32,000 nt of DNA from an uncultured archaeon. Its GTDB lineage: Archaea; Asgardarchaeota; Thorarchaeia; Thorarchaeales; Thorarchaeaceae. Position numbers and translations under genes: made by a program. The number at the start of each line of letters is the position of its first letter. Position 1 is the stretch's first letter. Positions 8,214 through 17,378 of this stretch are shown in pieces. Under the pieces are notes generated by a model. The model made no database searches. It had not been told where the DNA came from and worked only from the letters and a program-made list of their open reading frames with translations. The DNA lies in contig CAYHAA010000004.1 of NCBI GenBank assembly GCA_964354495.1, positions 120,001-152,000 on the forward strand. The letters are read 5' to 3'.

Positions 8214-9224
8214 TCAGTTAATGGATTCAACCATTTCTCGGAGTATGCTGCGACGATAGTGAGCAAAGAACTTGTGATGCCCGCCAAAAAGCGCTATAAC
8301 ACCCTTCACAGGAGAATGATTTCGAATCTCACGTGTGAACTTCACAGCCTCTGTGAGGTTCTGAGCTGCGAGCAATGAGTAAAGGACTGGCTCAGATGCA
8401 GAAACATAGGACTCCCAATGCACCAAAGGATACGTCTTTTCAATCCATTCAAGAATTGGCAGATAGGTTGTCTTCTTCTCATTCCAAGTGATTTTAGCGA
8501 TGAACGGGATGCTTGATGCTGCTCCAAGTTCGAGAAGTGCTCTGAACCTTATAGCTCCGCTGGTCTCTAATTGATCAAGCAACCTTCTGACACGACGTGC
8601 AGTAAGATCGCTCTTCTCAGCAATCTCCACAACAGACATGCGGGGGTCTTCCAGTAGTGGTTTTAGAACTCGAAGGTGCAAAGCAGAGAGCTCTATCGCA
8701 GTTCCGCGAGGTGCTAGAACAGGATGCAGTTCAACAGCTTCAATGCTATCCAATTTTCGCAAGAATGAACCTATATCGAGAAGTTCCTCAGGATCTCGAT
8801 ATTCCCCAACCAATGCGTAGGTACCGTTTGAGTATGCCGCTGCAGCTAGGATATTGCGATGTGAACCAATCTCATCAACCAGTTCGAATTCATCTCTTGT
8901 GCCATCAGATGAGAGTAGAGCGAACAGACGTTCCGCACCCATCATTGCTGGAGAGAGATAGATGCTATAGCCTGCAATCTCTCCGGTCTCCTCGAGATGC
9001 AGGATACGTCTGCGAATCGCATTGGCCGATATACCGTAGCTACGAGACAGTCCTTGATAGCTGACCCTGCAATTGCTCTGCAGCTCGGCCATTATCTTCT
9101 TGTCCAGCTCGTCCACGCATTCCACTATCCCAACACGCGCAGCTTCTGGTGAGCTCTGCATTTGGTCGAAAGTCAACGATTTATGCATTACTCTGTCCGC
9201 GAATGCGGCTACTGTGGAGTTCAA
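8214..9224 (-). CDS. Tandem (double) Lrp/AsnC-family transcription regulator
   Basis: Two AsnC-type HTH units: DELDKKIMAELQSNCRVSY..LSRSYGISANAIRRRI and LHLRVLKPLLEDPRMSVVEIAEKSDLTARRVRRLL. Each is followed by a RAM-like domain. Start is TTG 9224 (GGAGGTG 7 nt upstream) or GTG 9116. Confidence 0.85.
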   Translation of the reverse strand: MNSTVAAFADRVMHKSLTFDQMQSSPEAARVGIVECVDELDKKIMAELQSNCRVSYQGLSRSYGISANAIRRRILHLEETGEIAGYSIYLSPAMMGAERLFALLSSDGTRDEFELVDEIGSHRNILAAAAYSNGTYALVGEYRDPEELLDIGSFLRKLDSIEAVELHPVLAPRGTAIELSALHLRVLKPLLEDPRMSVVEIAEKSDLTARRVRRLLDQLETSGAIRFRALLELGAASSIPFIAKITWNEKKTTYLPILEWIEKTYPLVHWESYVSASEPVLYSLLAAQNLTEAVKFTREIRNHSPVKGVIALFGGHHKFFAHYRRSILREMVESIN

Positions 9225-9399
9225 TCATTGACACCTCCAATTGTGATCCGAGCATTGCGGAGCAATGAGAGGCTCCAAAGTCTCTGAAGACTGAATTCTC
9301 CAATCGCCAAGTAGTACATGAGAGTGAAGGTTTCACGACACAGGACGAGCAAAGACAAGAGGTTGAGTTAAATCATGCTTCGTTTGGCAATGATACAAG

Positions 9400-10074
9400 A
9401 TGCGGAACACACACTACGATTTGCACATTCACTCAGACTACTCTGATGGGACAGCAAGAATTCATGAAATCGTCAGCCGGGCAAATACGCTCAGCCTTGA
9501 AACAATAGCCTTTGCAGATCACTTCTGGCCCTCGTTGGGGTCACGTCAGGGAGGGAAGAACATCATTGTGAGCAGGCGTAGAGAGATTGAAACAGCAAAA
9601 TCAGAATATCCCGCACTAGAAGTCCTCGACTGTACTGAGGTAGATATTCAATCAGATGGAAGCCTTGCCCCAGTGGCTGGAGGATTAGGGCAGTTCGATA
9701 TCGTCATCGGTTCGTTTCACTGGGCCTCGGACTCCACTCAGTGGGCATCCACTCTCTCAAACGTTGTGAAGAAGAAGCAATTCGATATCCTTGGGCATTG
9801 GGATGGATTCCTCTCCTCCTTTAGGGAGGAGGACGGTGATATCGCAGCTCGAGTTCTAGCTGAGGCAGGAGTCGCCATTGAACTTAATGAGAAGTACATG
9901 TCTGAGCATACTCGTTTCTTCGAGCGAGCCAAGGAATATGGCTGCATCTTCACCCTAGGTAGTGATTCGCATTCATTGAAAACCATCGGACAACTTGACT
10001 ATGGTAAGAAGATGGCTGCAGATTTAAATCTCCGAGTGGTTGATCCAGAATACTTCCTGAAACAGCGCAAATGA
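9400..10074 (+). CDS. PHP-domain phosphoesterase (YcdX/PolX-PHP-like)
   Basis: Metal-binding motifs HIHSDYSDG, ADH, EVD, GSFH, GH and GSDSH. TTAAAT at 9368-9373 is 27 nt upstream. Confidence 0.88.
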   Translation: MRNTHYDLHIHSDYSDGTARIHEIVSRANTLSLETIAFADHFWPSLGSRQGGKNIIVSRRREIETAKSEYPALEVLDCTEVDIQSDGSLAPVAGGLGQFDIVIGSFHWASDSTQWASTLSNVVKKKQFDILGHWDGFLSSFREEDGDIAARVLAEAGVAIELNEKYMSEHTRFFERAKEYGCIFTLGSDSHSLKTIGQLDYGKKMAADLNLRVVDPEYFLKQRK

Positions 10075-10076
10075 TT

Positions 10077-10137
10077 GACAGAAGCAGCTGGAGGAACGAT
10101 GAGTCGGAATCCTTTTCTCTCACCATTCTCATTGTCC
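10077..10137 (+). repeat. Dispersed structured intergenic element, copy A
   Basis: GACA-GAAGCAGCT, then an imperfect stem GGAGGA..CGA-TGAG-TCG..TCCTTT, then CTCTCACCATTCTCATTGTC. The flanks closely match the minus-strand element at 30633-30712. Confidence 0.7.
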
Positions 10138-10153
10138 GTCACTGGAGAAACTC

Positions 10154-10573
10154 TTGATGACTGAGAAACTTGTATTCCCCTCGGATGAGTGGATAGCACA
10201 GTACGTTGTGGCATTGAACAAGAACGCAAGGTATGAAGATGCAGCCAAGACCTGGGAAGGAGACTTTGTCTTTCAGATAGACGCAGATGGCGCTGCTATC
10301 AAAGAAACCGTCAGGTTCTACATCGACCTGTGGCATGGCAAGTGCAGGTCAGCTAGAATGGCAAAACCTGGTGACAAAGCTGAGTTTGTGTATGCAGGAC
10401 CTCTGAAGAACTGGAAGCTGCTTTTTGATGGCAAGATCGATCCGATAAAAGGAATCATGGCTCGCAAGTTCAAGCTTGATGGCGACATGGGCAAAGTCAT
10501 GCGTTACACAAAGGCGGCCTTGGAGCTGGTGGCGACCACGAGAGAGATCCCAACGAAGTTCTTGGATGAGTAA
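10154..10573 (+). CDS. SCP2 sterol-binding/lipid-carrier domain protein
   Basis: FPSDEW, WEGDFVF, and WKLLFDGKIDPIKGIMARKFKLDGDMGKVMRY, the typical SCP2 C-terminal pattern. Start is TTG 10154 or ATG 10157. Confidence 0.85.
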   Translation: MMTEKLVFPSDEWIAQYVVALNKNARYEDAAKTWEGDFVFQIDADGAAIKETVRFYIDLWHGKCRSARMAKPGDKAEFVYAGPLKNWKLLFDGKIDPIKGIMARKFKLDGDMGKVMRYTKAALELVATTREIPTKFLDE

Positions 10574-10597
10574 TTTCGTTTTACAGAGGAACGCGCT

Positions 10598-11683
10598 ATG
10601 CTGCACACGAAACTCTGTGACATAGTCGGAATCAAGCACCCCATCATGCAGGGTGGGATGGGTCCATACAAGACAGAATCACTGGCAATTGCTGTTGCCA
10701 ATGTAGGTGCGTTGGGGATCATTAGCAGTATAGGGATGGCAGCAACAATGCTCCCAGACGCAGCACCAATAGACGCAATACGTCTCTTTGGAACTGACCC
10801 ACCAGCTGTGATACTGCAGAAGTCGATTGATGCTGTCACGAAGGGGACACGGGCCTCAGGTGGTGTTTTTGGGGTGAACATTCCTGTCGCCTCAGAGTTC
10901 ATGCTTGCATCAGAGATGTTCGTCAAGCAGACGATAGAGTCATGCAAGTCAGACTCTGACACAGAGCGCTCACTGCGGGTCATCGTGACCTCGGCCGGAA
11001 ATCCAAAGCCATGGTCTATACTCAAGCAGGAGGGCTTCATCTGGGTACATGTTGTGCCCTCTGTCTATCACGCAAAGAAAGCAGAACAGGCAGGAGCTGA
11101 TATCATCGTTGCCTCAGGCCATGAGGGTGGAGCTCATGTCTCATGGGAACCAGTACATTCCATGGTCTTGGTTCCTGCGGTCAGTAAAGCAGTGAAGACA
11201 CCTGTCGTCGGAGCAGGCGGATTCTGTGATGGTGCCTCTCTTGCTGCGGCACTTTGTCTTGGCGCAGTGGGTATCCAGATGGGTACTCGCCTGATAGCCA
11301 CTAAGGAGAGTGACTTTGAGCCAATGTGGAAGGAGGCAATCATTGAGAGAGAAGAACGTCGGACGCTTGTTGGAAGAGGTCTCTTCGGTCCAATGCGGTT
11401 CCTTCGCAATGCCAGGGCAGAGGCTATCGTTAGACGCACGCTGAGTGATATCCCGACGTTCTATCTAGGCGAACCTCTTGATTCCAATGAGGAAATCCTG
11501 AAGCTAGAGCGCTCAGGGTTCGACGACCTGATTGACGCAAAATCGGACACAGCCCTCATGTTTGGAGGAGAGGTCACGGGACGTATCAACGATATACCCA
11601 CAACTAAGGAGCTCATAGAGAGGATAATCAAAGAGGCTTCTGAAACACTGGAAACTGTCCCGAAGAGTGTCCTTCGACGATAA
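10598..11683 (+). CDS. Nitronate monooxygenase / FabK-like FMN oxidoreductase
   Basis: GIKHPIMQGGMG, GALGII, GHEGGAH, PVVGAGGFCDG and GAVGIQMGTRLIATKES. Confidence 0.88.
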   Translation: MLHTKLCDIVGIKHPIMQGGMGPYKTESLAIAVANVGALGIISSIGMAATMLPDAAPIDAIRLFGTDPPAVILQKSIDAVTKGTRASGGVFGVNIPVASEFMLASEMFVKQTIESCKSDSDTERSLRVIVTSAGNPKPWSILKQEGFIWVHVVPSVYHAKKAEQAGADIIVASGHEGGAHVSWEPVHSMVLVPAVSKAVKTPVVGAGGFCDGASLAAALCLGAVGIQMGTRLIATKESDFEPMWKEAIIEREERRTLVGRGLFGPMRFLRNARAEAIVRRTLSDIPTFYLGEPLDSNEEILKLERSGFDDLIDAKSDTALMFGGEVTGRINDIPTTKELIERIIKEASETLETVPKSVLRR

Positions 11684-11689
11684 ATGACG

Positions 11690-11729
11690 CCGGGCAGAGC
11701 AAATAAGAGGGGGGACTACTACTGCCCGG
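11690..11729. other. Intergenic 8-bp inverted repeat (possible stabiliser or attenuator hairpin)
   Basis: CCGGGCAG (11690-11697) / CTGCCCGG (11722-11729) with a 24-nt purine-rich loop. Confidence 0.45.
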
Positions 11730-11772
11730 ACCATATTGATTGTGTTATCTTGTGTTCGGAGGCGAATTAGAA

Positions 11773-12948
11773 TTGGTATGGTGGTTTTCTGTACCGAAGA
11801 TTGTATTCGGTGATGATGCGCTTAGCGAACTTGAACTCATTCAAGGAAAGAAAGCAATTATCATCACTGACAGGGTTGTTAATGGGCTAGGCCTTGCTGA
11901 GAAGGTCTCGGATATTCTCGGTGAGAAGCAATGGTCGACTGCAATCTGGGATGGTGTAGTGCCAGATCCAAAGGTTTCGACTGTTAAGGAAGCTGCTGAA
12001 GCAATGAAGCAATTTGGTCCAGACTGGATCATAGCCATTGGAGGAGGCAGCGCGATGGATACAGCAAAGGCAGCTTGGGCACTCTACGAGAAACCCGGTG
12101 TTCAACTCGAGGCGCTGACTCCCTTTGATATACTCGGTCTGAGAGCCAAGGCAAGGCTTGTCTGTATTCCAACTACTGCAGGAACAGGATCCGAAGCAAC
12201 GAAGGCAATAGTGATTCGAGATGATGAAACCGGTCGCAAATTTGCCACGATAAATCCTGAATTCGTCCCGGACATTGCAATCCTCGATCCTTCCTTTGTC
12301 GTTGGTCTTCCCAAGGAACTGACAGCGTACACAGGATTGGATGCATTGGTTCATGCAACCGAAGGTTACATCTCGGTGTGGAAGAACGACTTCTCTGACG
12401 GATGCTCGTTGCAGGCCGTGAAAATGGTCTTCAAATGGCTGCCAATATCGGTCGCAGATCTCACGAATCTGGAGGCTCGAGAGAAGATGCTCGTTGCAGC
12501 GTGCCTTGCAGGTATGTCTTTCGGCAACTCACAGGTAGCTCTTGCTCATTCGCTTGGTCACAGTATGGGATCTGTCTTGAGATTGCATCATGGGCTCTCC
12601 GTAGGAATGGCGCTTCCGTACACGATTGAGTTCAATTGCACTGATAATAATCAGTGCGCATCACAGTATGCCGAGCTGGCAAGAATGATAGGCATCACAC
12701 TCAAAGATGGTGTGAAGGCATCAATGAAGTATGCGGAGGCCATTCGAGACCTCATGGGTGAGGTTGGTTGTCCTAGAAGTTTCAGTGAGGCAGGCGTCAA
12801 GAAGAAGGACTTCAAGGCCGGGCTCGAGAAGCTTGTCGAGTTTGCAATGATGGACTCTAGCCTCACGATGAATCCACGCAATACTGACAGCAATGAAATT
12901 CGGAAGATCTATGAATACATGTATGACGGGAAGGTCATAGATTTCTGA
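11773..12948 (+). CDS. Iron-containing alcohol dehydrogenase
   Basis: GGGSAMDTAK and PTTAGTGSE. Metal ligands in DALVHATE, LAHSLGH and LHHG. I prefer the TTG at 11773 after GGAGG over the track start at 11740. Confidence 0.92.
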   Translation: MVWWFSVPKIVFGDDALSELELIQGKKAIIITDRVVNGLGLAEKVSDILGEKQWSTAIWDGVVPDPKVSTVKEAAEAMKQFGPDWIIAIGGGSAMDTAKAAWALYEKPGVQLEALTPFDILGLRAKARLVCIPTTAGTGSEATKAIVIRDDETGRKFATINPEFVPDIAILDPSFVVGLPKELTAYTGLDALVHATEGYISVWKNDFSDGCSLQAVKMVFKWLPISVADLTNLEAREKMLVAACLAGMSFGNSQVALAHSLGHSMGSVLRLHHGLSVGMALPYTIEFNCTDNNQCASQYAELARMIGITLKDGVKASMKYAEAIRDLMGEVGCPRSFSEAGVKKKDFKAGLEKLVEFAMMDSSLTMNPRNTDSNEIRKIYEYMYDGKVIDF

Positions 12949-12962
12949 GGGAGGCAGAAAGA

Positions 12963-14783
12963 TTGGTCGGCTATAGAGGAAGAATACTCCATGCGAATCT
13001 GACTAATGGTGCTACAACGGTCAAATCGCTCAACAAGAGACTCATGAGACAGTTCATAGGAGGCGCGGGACTCGGTACCCGTCTTCTATACGATATGATT
13101 GACTCCAACACTGACCCACTGGGACCTGAGAATCCCCTAATCTTCATGACAGGCCCCTTTACGGGCACAGCTGTCCCGACAAGTGGGAAGTCGACCTTTT
13201 GCGCAAGGTCTCCGAAGACGGGGCTTCTCGGATACAGCACAGTTGGCGGGCATTTTGGAGCGGACCTGAAATTCGCAGGATATGATGGTATTGTCATCAC
13301 AGGTTCTTCCAAGGAGCCATGTTACCTGCTAGTTGAAGACTCTGATGTTGAGATACGCGATGCGCGGCATCTCTGGGGGAAGGACACAGAACAGGTATGG
13401 AATGAACTTAAGGAAGAAACCGGCCACAGAGTGGCAGGCATAGCAAGAATTGGTATCGCTGGAGAGAACCTCGTCAAGTATGCAAGTATCATAGTCGACC
13501 ATCACCGGGCAGCTGGCAGGACAGGGTTAGGTGCAGTGATGGGTTCAAAGAAGCTCAAGGCTATCGTGATCCATGGGTCTGATAGGAAAATACCAGTTGC
13601 AGATGATGAGGAGCTCCGCAAGTATGCGACAGAGATGAACACGGATAGCAAGGAAGATCCAACGTTCCGAATGTACTCAGACCTTGGGACAGCCGGATAT
13701 ACAGACATGGCAAGTCTCATGTATGGCTCCTTTCCAGCAGGTTACTACACCGTTGCTGGTTTTGATACCTACAACCTCAGTGGCACCAGCGTCAAGGAAA
13801 CTATCCTCGTTGGCAAGACTGCATGCTTCCGATGCCCTATAGGCTGCGGGCGAGTTGTGGAGATACCAGAGGGCAAGTACAAGATGGAGAAGTTCTCGGG
13901 GCCTGAGCTAGAGGTCACCGGGACCATGGGTTCTCTTCTATTGAACAACAATGCAGAGGCTGTGGCATATGCAAATATGATGCTTGACCTATACGGTATT
14001 GATACGATTTCCGGAGGGAACACCATTGCCTTTGCTTACTATCTTTTCAAAGAGGGGAAGATTACAGCCAAGGATCTGGATGGCATCAGTCCGGAGTGGG
14101 GAGAGGTTGACTCTGCTCTCGCACTCATGGCTAAGATTGCGAAGAGAGAGGGTATCGGCGATGTGATGGCAGAAGGAAGTCTTCAGTTCGGAGAGAGATT
14201 CGGTGTAGCAGAACTGGCAGCACAGGTCAACGGACTTGAACTACCACAGCACGACCCAAGAGGTTTCTCTGGCCTGGCTGCAGGATATGCCACTTCGCCA
14301 CGGGGTGCATGCCATATGGCTGCTGATATGTACAATGTCCAAATGGGACAGCCCAACGAGGCTTTCGGAATTGAAAGTGTGGACAGATTCGCGAACGAGG
14401 CAGATCTTGTGGCAAAGCATCAGGACTTTAGGTGCATGACGAACTCGGCTGTGATATGCAACTTCTATCCACTTGATGGAGCCAAGTTGACTAAGCTTCT
14501 GCATCTGGTCACTGGATGGGACATCTCTACAGAGGAGGTTGTGATGACGGGTGAGAGGATATTCACGATGATGAGGCTTCTCAACCTTAAGCTTGGATAT
14601 AGTCCCAAGAATGAAATCCTTCCGAAGATGATCTCGAAACCACTTGAGGGAGCCACAGAGGGACACGTTCCTGACATTGATGAGCATCTCGACAAATGGT
14701 ATGAAACACGGGGCTGGAGTAGAAAGACTGGAAGACCCTCAAAGAAAAGGCTGAAGGTACTTGGTCTTGAGACCATGACATAG
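12963..14783 (+). CDS. aor: Tungsten-dependent aldehyde:ferredoxin oxidoreductase family protein
   Basis: GGAGLG, AGRTGLGAVMGSKKLKA, Fe-S motif CFRCPIGC, HDPR and RGACH. 606 aa, TTG start after GGAGG. Confidence 0.92.
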   Translation: MVGYRGRILHANLTNGATTVKSLNKRLMRQFIGGAGLGTRLLYDMIDSNTDPLGPENPLIFMTGPFTGTAVPTSGKSTFCARSPKTGLLGYSTVGGHFGADLKFAGYDGIVITGSSKEPCYLLVEDSDVEIRDARHLWGKDTEQVWNELKEETGHRVAGIARIGIAGENLVKYASIIVDHHRAAGRTGLGAVMGSKKLKAIVIHGSDRKIPVADDEELRKYATEMNTDSKEDPTFRMYSDLGTAGYTDMASLMYGSFPAGYYTVAGFDTYNLSGTSVKETILVGKTACFRCPIGCGRVVEIPEGKYKMEKFSGPELEVTGTMGSLLLNNNAEAVAYANMMLDLYGIDTISGGNTIAFAYYLFKEGKITAKDLDGISPEWGEVDSALALMAKIAKREGIGDVMAEGSLQFGERFGVAELAAQVNGLELPQHDPRGFSGLAAGYATSPRGACHMAADMYNVQMGQPNEAFGIESVDRFANEADLVAKHQDFRCMTNSAVICNFYPLDGAKLTKLLHLVTGWDISTEEVVMTGERIFTMMRLLNLKLGYSPKNEILPKMISKPLEGATEGHVPDIDEHLDKWYETRGWSRKTGRPSKKRLKVLGLETMT

Positions 14784-14790
14784 GCTTGGC

Positions 14791-16305
14791 TCAGACTTGA
14801 GCATTCGGTAGATCTTCGGCGATACTCCTGAGCAAGTCATAGAGTATGGCGATGTCAGATATCTTGACGCGTTCATCGGGGGTATGCGAATTCTGTGCTG
14901 TTGGCCCAATGGACACCATCTGAAGACCAGGTATCTTCGCACCAATGATGCCACATTCGAGACCAGCATGGATTGCTTCAATCTTCACTTTGGTCTTGGC
15001 CGCAACCTCGTAACGCTCACGGATGAATTTGAGAAACGAGCTATTGGGCTCAGGATTCCATCCAGGGTACATAGGCTTCTGAGTCACATCCCAACCAGAC
15101 AAGGAGCCAATATCAGAGAGCTGAGCTCTCACGACTTCTAGCTCTGCATCAACACTGCTTCTCGTACTGAGAAGAACTTCAATCGATGCGCCCTCTGTCT
15201 TGATAATGGCCATATTGTTCGAGGTCTCTACGAGGCCTTCAACATGAGGCGAGAACTGGATTGGCCCATGAGGAATGACGTTAATCGATGTGATGATCTT
15301 TTTCGATTCATCTAGGGAGAATGCGGGCACAGGGCTGGCCTTACTCCATTTGATAGAAATATCTGGCTCAAGAGGTCTTAATCCCTTTGCAGCAATCTTG
15401 TAATATGATAGAATCTCAGATCTGACCTGTTCGAGTATCTGTTCAGCGCGAACTGCTTTGCCTGGCTCCACTGCAAACTTCACTCTCGATTCTCGTGCGA
15501 TGGCATTGTGCTTGCTTCCACCATTCCATTCACAGAGGTGAACATTCAACTCCTTGACGAGGCCGGTCATCATTCTTGCAGCAATCTTGTTGGCATTCGC
15601 ACGATGTTCATGGATGTCCACACCTGAGTGTCCACCAAGAAGCCCCGTAATCTCAAGTTGATAGAAGGCAGCTTTTCCAGTGACCTTGTTCACTCTCAGG
15701 TTCTTTGTAAGTGTAGTATCTCCGCCGCCTGCAGAGCCAATAGTGATTACGCCCAGTTTCTCAGAGTCAACGTTGATCAGGAGATTGCTCTTGATCCCCA
15801 GAGCCTTGGGCTCAAGTGCAAAAGCGCCCACCAGACCAGTCTCCTCATCGACAGTAATGAGTAGTTCTAGGCGCCCTGACTTCACCTTTGGATCCAGTAG
15901 CAGTGCTAATCCCAACGCGACACCAATTCCATTGTCAGCACCGAGAGTAGTACCATCTGCATCAACCCATTCTCCGTTATCTTGAATACGCACTGGAATA
16001 GGATTGGTATTGAAGTCGAAGCCGCCCTTACGATTGGTCTCACAGACCATGTCCATATGCCCCTGGAGAAGAAGTGCTGGTGCAGACTCTAGTCCTCTTG
16101 ATGGAGCCCGTTTCATGAAAAGATTGCCAGCAGCGTCCTCAGAGATAGTCAGTTGGATGCCCAAGGATTTGGCACGCTCAGAAATCCAAGACTTCAGTTT
16201 GGCTCGTATTCTCTCTTCTTTCTTAGACTCACGGGGAGTCGCAATGAAGACCTTTTCAAAGATTTCCCATACTGGTTTGGGTTCTAGACTCTCAAGGACC
16301 ATCAA
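14791..16305 (-). CDS. pepD: Aminoacyl-histidine dipeptidase (peptidase M20C)
   Basis: QGHMDMVCE, LGADNG, EETGL, GGHSGVDIH, IHAGLECG and HTPDE. Confidence 0.9.
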   Translation of the reverse strand: MMVLESLEPKPVWEIFEKVFIATPRESKKEERIRAKLKSWISERAKSLGIQLTISEDAAGNLFMKRAPSRGLESAPALLLQGHMDMVCETNRKGGFDFNTNPIPVRIQDNGEWVDADGTTLGADNGIGVALGLALLLDPKVKSGRLELLITVDEETGLVGAFALEPKALGIKSNLLINVDSEKLGVITIGSAGGGDTTLTKNLRVNKVTGKAAFYQLEITGLLGGHSGVDIHEHRANANKIAARMMTGLVKELNVHLCEWNGGSKHNAIARESRVKFAVEPGKAVRAEQILEQVRSEILSYYKIAAKGLRPLEPDISIKWSKASPVPAFSLDESKKIITSINVIPHGPIQFSPHVEGLVETSNNMAIIKTEGASIEVLLSTRSSVDAELEVVRAQLSDIGSLSGWDVTQKPMYPGWNPEPNSSFLKFIRERYEVAAKTKVKIEAIHAGLECGIIGAKIPGLQMVSIGPTAQNSHTPDERVKISDIAILYDLLRSIAEDLPNAQV

Positions 16306-16421
16306 TCAGACCTCGGTTCTCCAGAGGCAGAGTCCCCGACTTTAAGGTTTCCTCAGGGAACAGACATCCTTTTCTCCTACGAAACTTCAATATGGCACCT
16401 GATTGCAAGGAGATTGATACC

Positions 16422-17294
16422 ATGGTCTTTGACCCGGGACTTACTGATGTTTTCCAAGATATCTTGCCAGGTTTTGGTGGATTCTTTAGTATCATCACAG
16501 AACTCGGTAGCGAACTTGTCTTCATCGGGTTGATGCTTGTCTTGTATTGGGCTGTGAACAAGAAAGAAGCTATCTTGGCAACCTACATCCTAGTGGTGGC
16601 AATACTCTCGAATTACTGGCTGAAGTATTTCATCGCCAATGAGAGACCACCCCCGAGTAACTGGTATTCCGGACAAGAACCGACGAACTACAGCACACCC
16701 AGTGGACACGCTCAGTCGTCAATAACACTCTATGGATGGTTCGCGACAAGAGTCAGAAAGTGGTGGGTGACTCTTATCGCAATCGTGCTCACACTTCTTG
16801 TCGGTATCTCTAGAGTGTACCTTGGCGTTCACTTCCTTGGGGACATCCTGCTAGGATGGGGAGTAGGAATAGTAACCATACTAGCGTTCGTCTATCTCGA
16901 GAAACCAGCACGGCGGTTCCTCTCACGATACAGACAAGACTACCTCTTGTTGGGACTGGTCGCCATAGGATTTGTGATGACCCTGATTGCCTCACTTCTC
17001 CCCGAACCACCAAATGACAATTTCGGTGCATTGGGAGGTCTGACGATGGGACTAGCTCTCGGACTTGTTCTAGAGAATAGATTCGTCAACTTCTCCGCTG
17101 AGCCACATGACGGGAAGAAATGGAGACTCGTGCTTCGGGTCATCATTGGTCTAGTACTCGTCGTGGGAGTGATGGTGGTACTGGGGCTAATTCCCGGAAC
17201 TGACGCGATCTGGCCGCGTGCCATAAGATACATGCTGATAGCACTCACAGGAATCTTTGTATGGCCAGCCATCTTCAAGAGAGTCAATCTGTAA
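16422..17294 (+). CDS. PAP2-family integral membrane phosphatase
   Basis: KYFIANERP (Kx6RP), PSGH and SRVYLGVHFLGD, with multiple TM helices. Start is ATG 16422 or 16392. Confidence 0.9.
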   Translation: MVFDPGLTDVFQDILPGFGGFFSIITELGSELVFIGLMLVLYWAVNKKEAILATYILVVAILSNYWLKYFIANERPPPSNWYSGQEPTNYSTPSGHAQSSITLYGWFATRVRKWWVTLIAIVLTLLVGISRVYLGVHFLGDILLGWGVGIVTILAFVYLEKPARRFLSRYRQDYLLLGLVAIGFVMTLIASLLPEPPNDNFGALGGLTMGLALGLVLENRFVNFSAEPHDGKKWRLVLRVIIGLVLVVGVMVVLGLIPGTDAIWPRAIRYMLIALTGIFVWPAIFKRVNL

Positions 17295-17378
17295 AGTAGG
17301 TCAACCTATCCTACGATGACCAAAACACTGCCATCTAGGGCTCGACACATTCAAGAGGCGGGTTGTTTTACCGGACTT

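Noticed and set aside
8191-8259. Plus-strand mini-ORF behind GGAGGAG
   Set aside because: It is only 22 codons, runs antisense into the Lrp gene end, and the purine run is better explained as the complement of a terminator-type pyrimidine loop.
9181-9228. 15-codon minus-strand uORF after a strong GGAGGTG
   Set aside because: The SD spacing (about 3 nt) is short for this ATG and fits the TTG at 9224 better. There is no other coding evidence.
9351-9382. Possible fourth copy of the dispersed element (minus strand GAAGCA-TGATTTAA-CTCAACCTCTTGTC)
   Set aside because: It has no hairpin and no 5' GACA, and it overlaps the TATA-like box of the PHP gene. The similarity may be chance.
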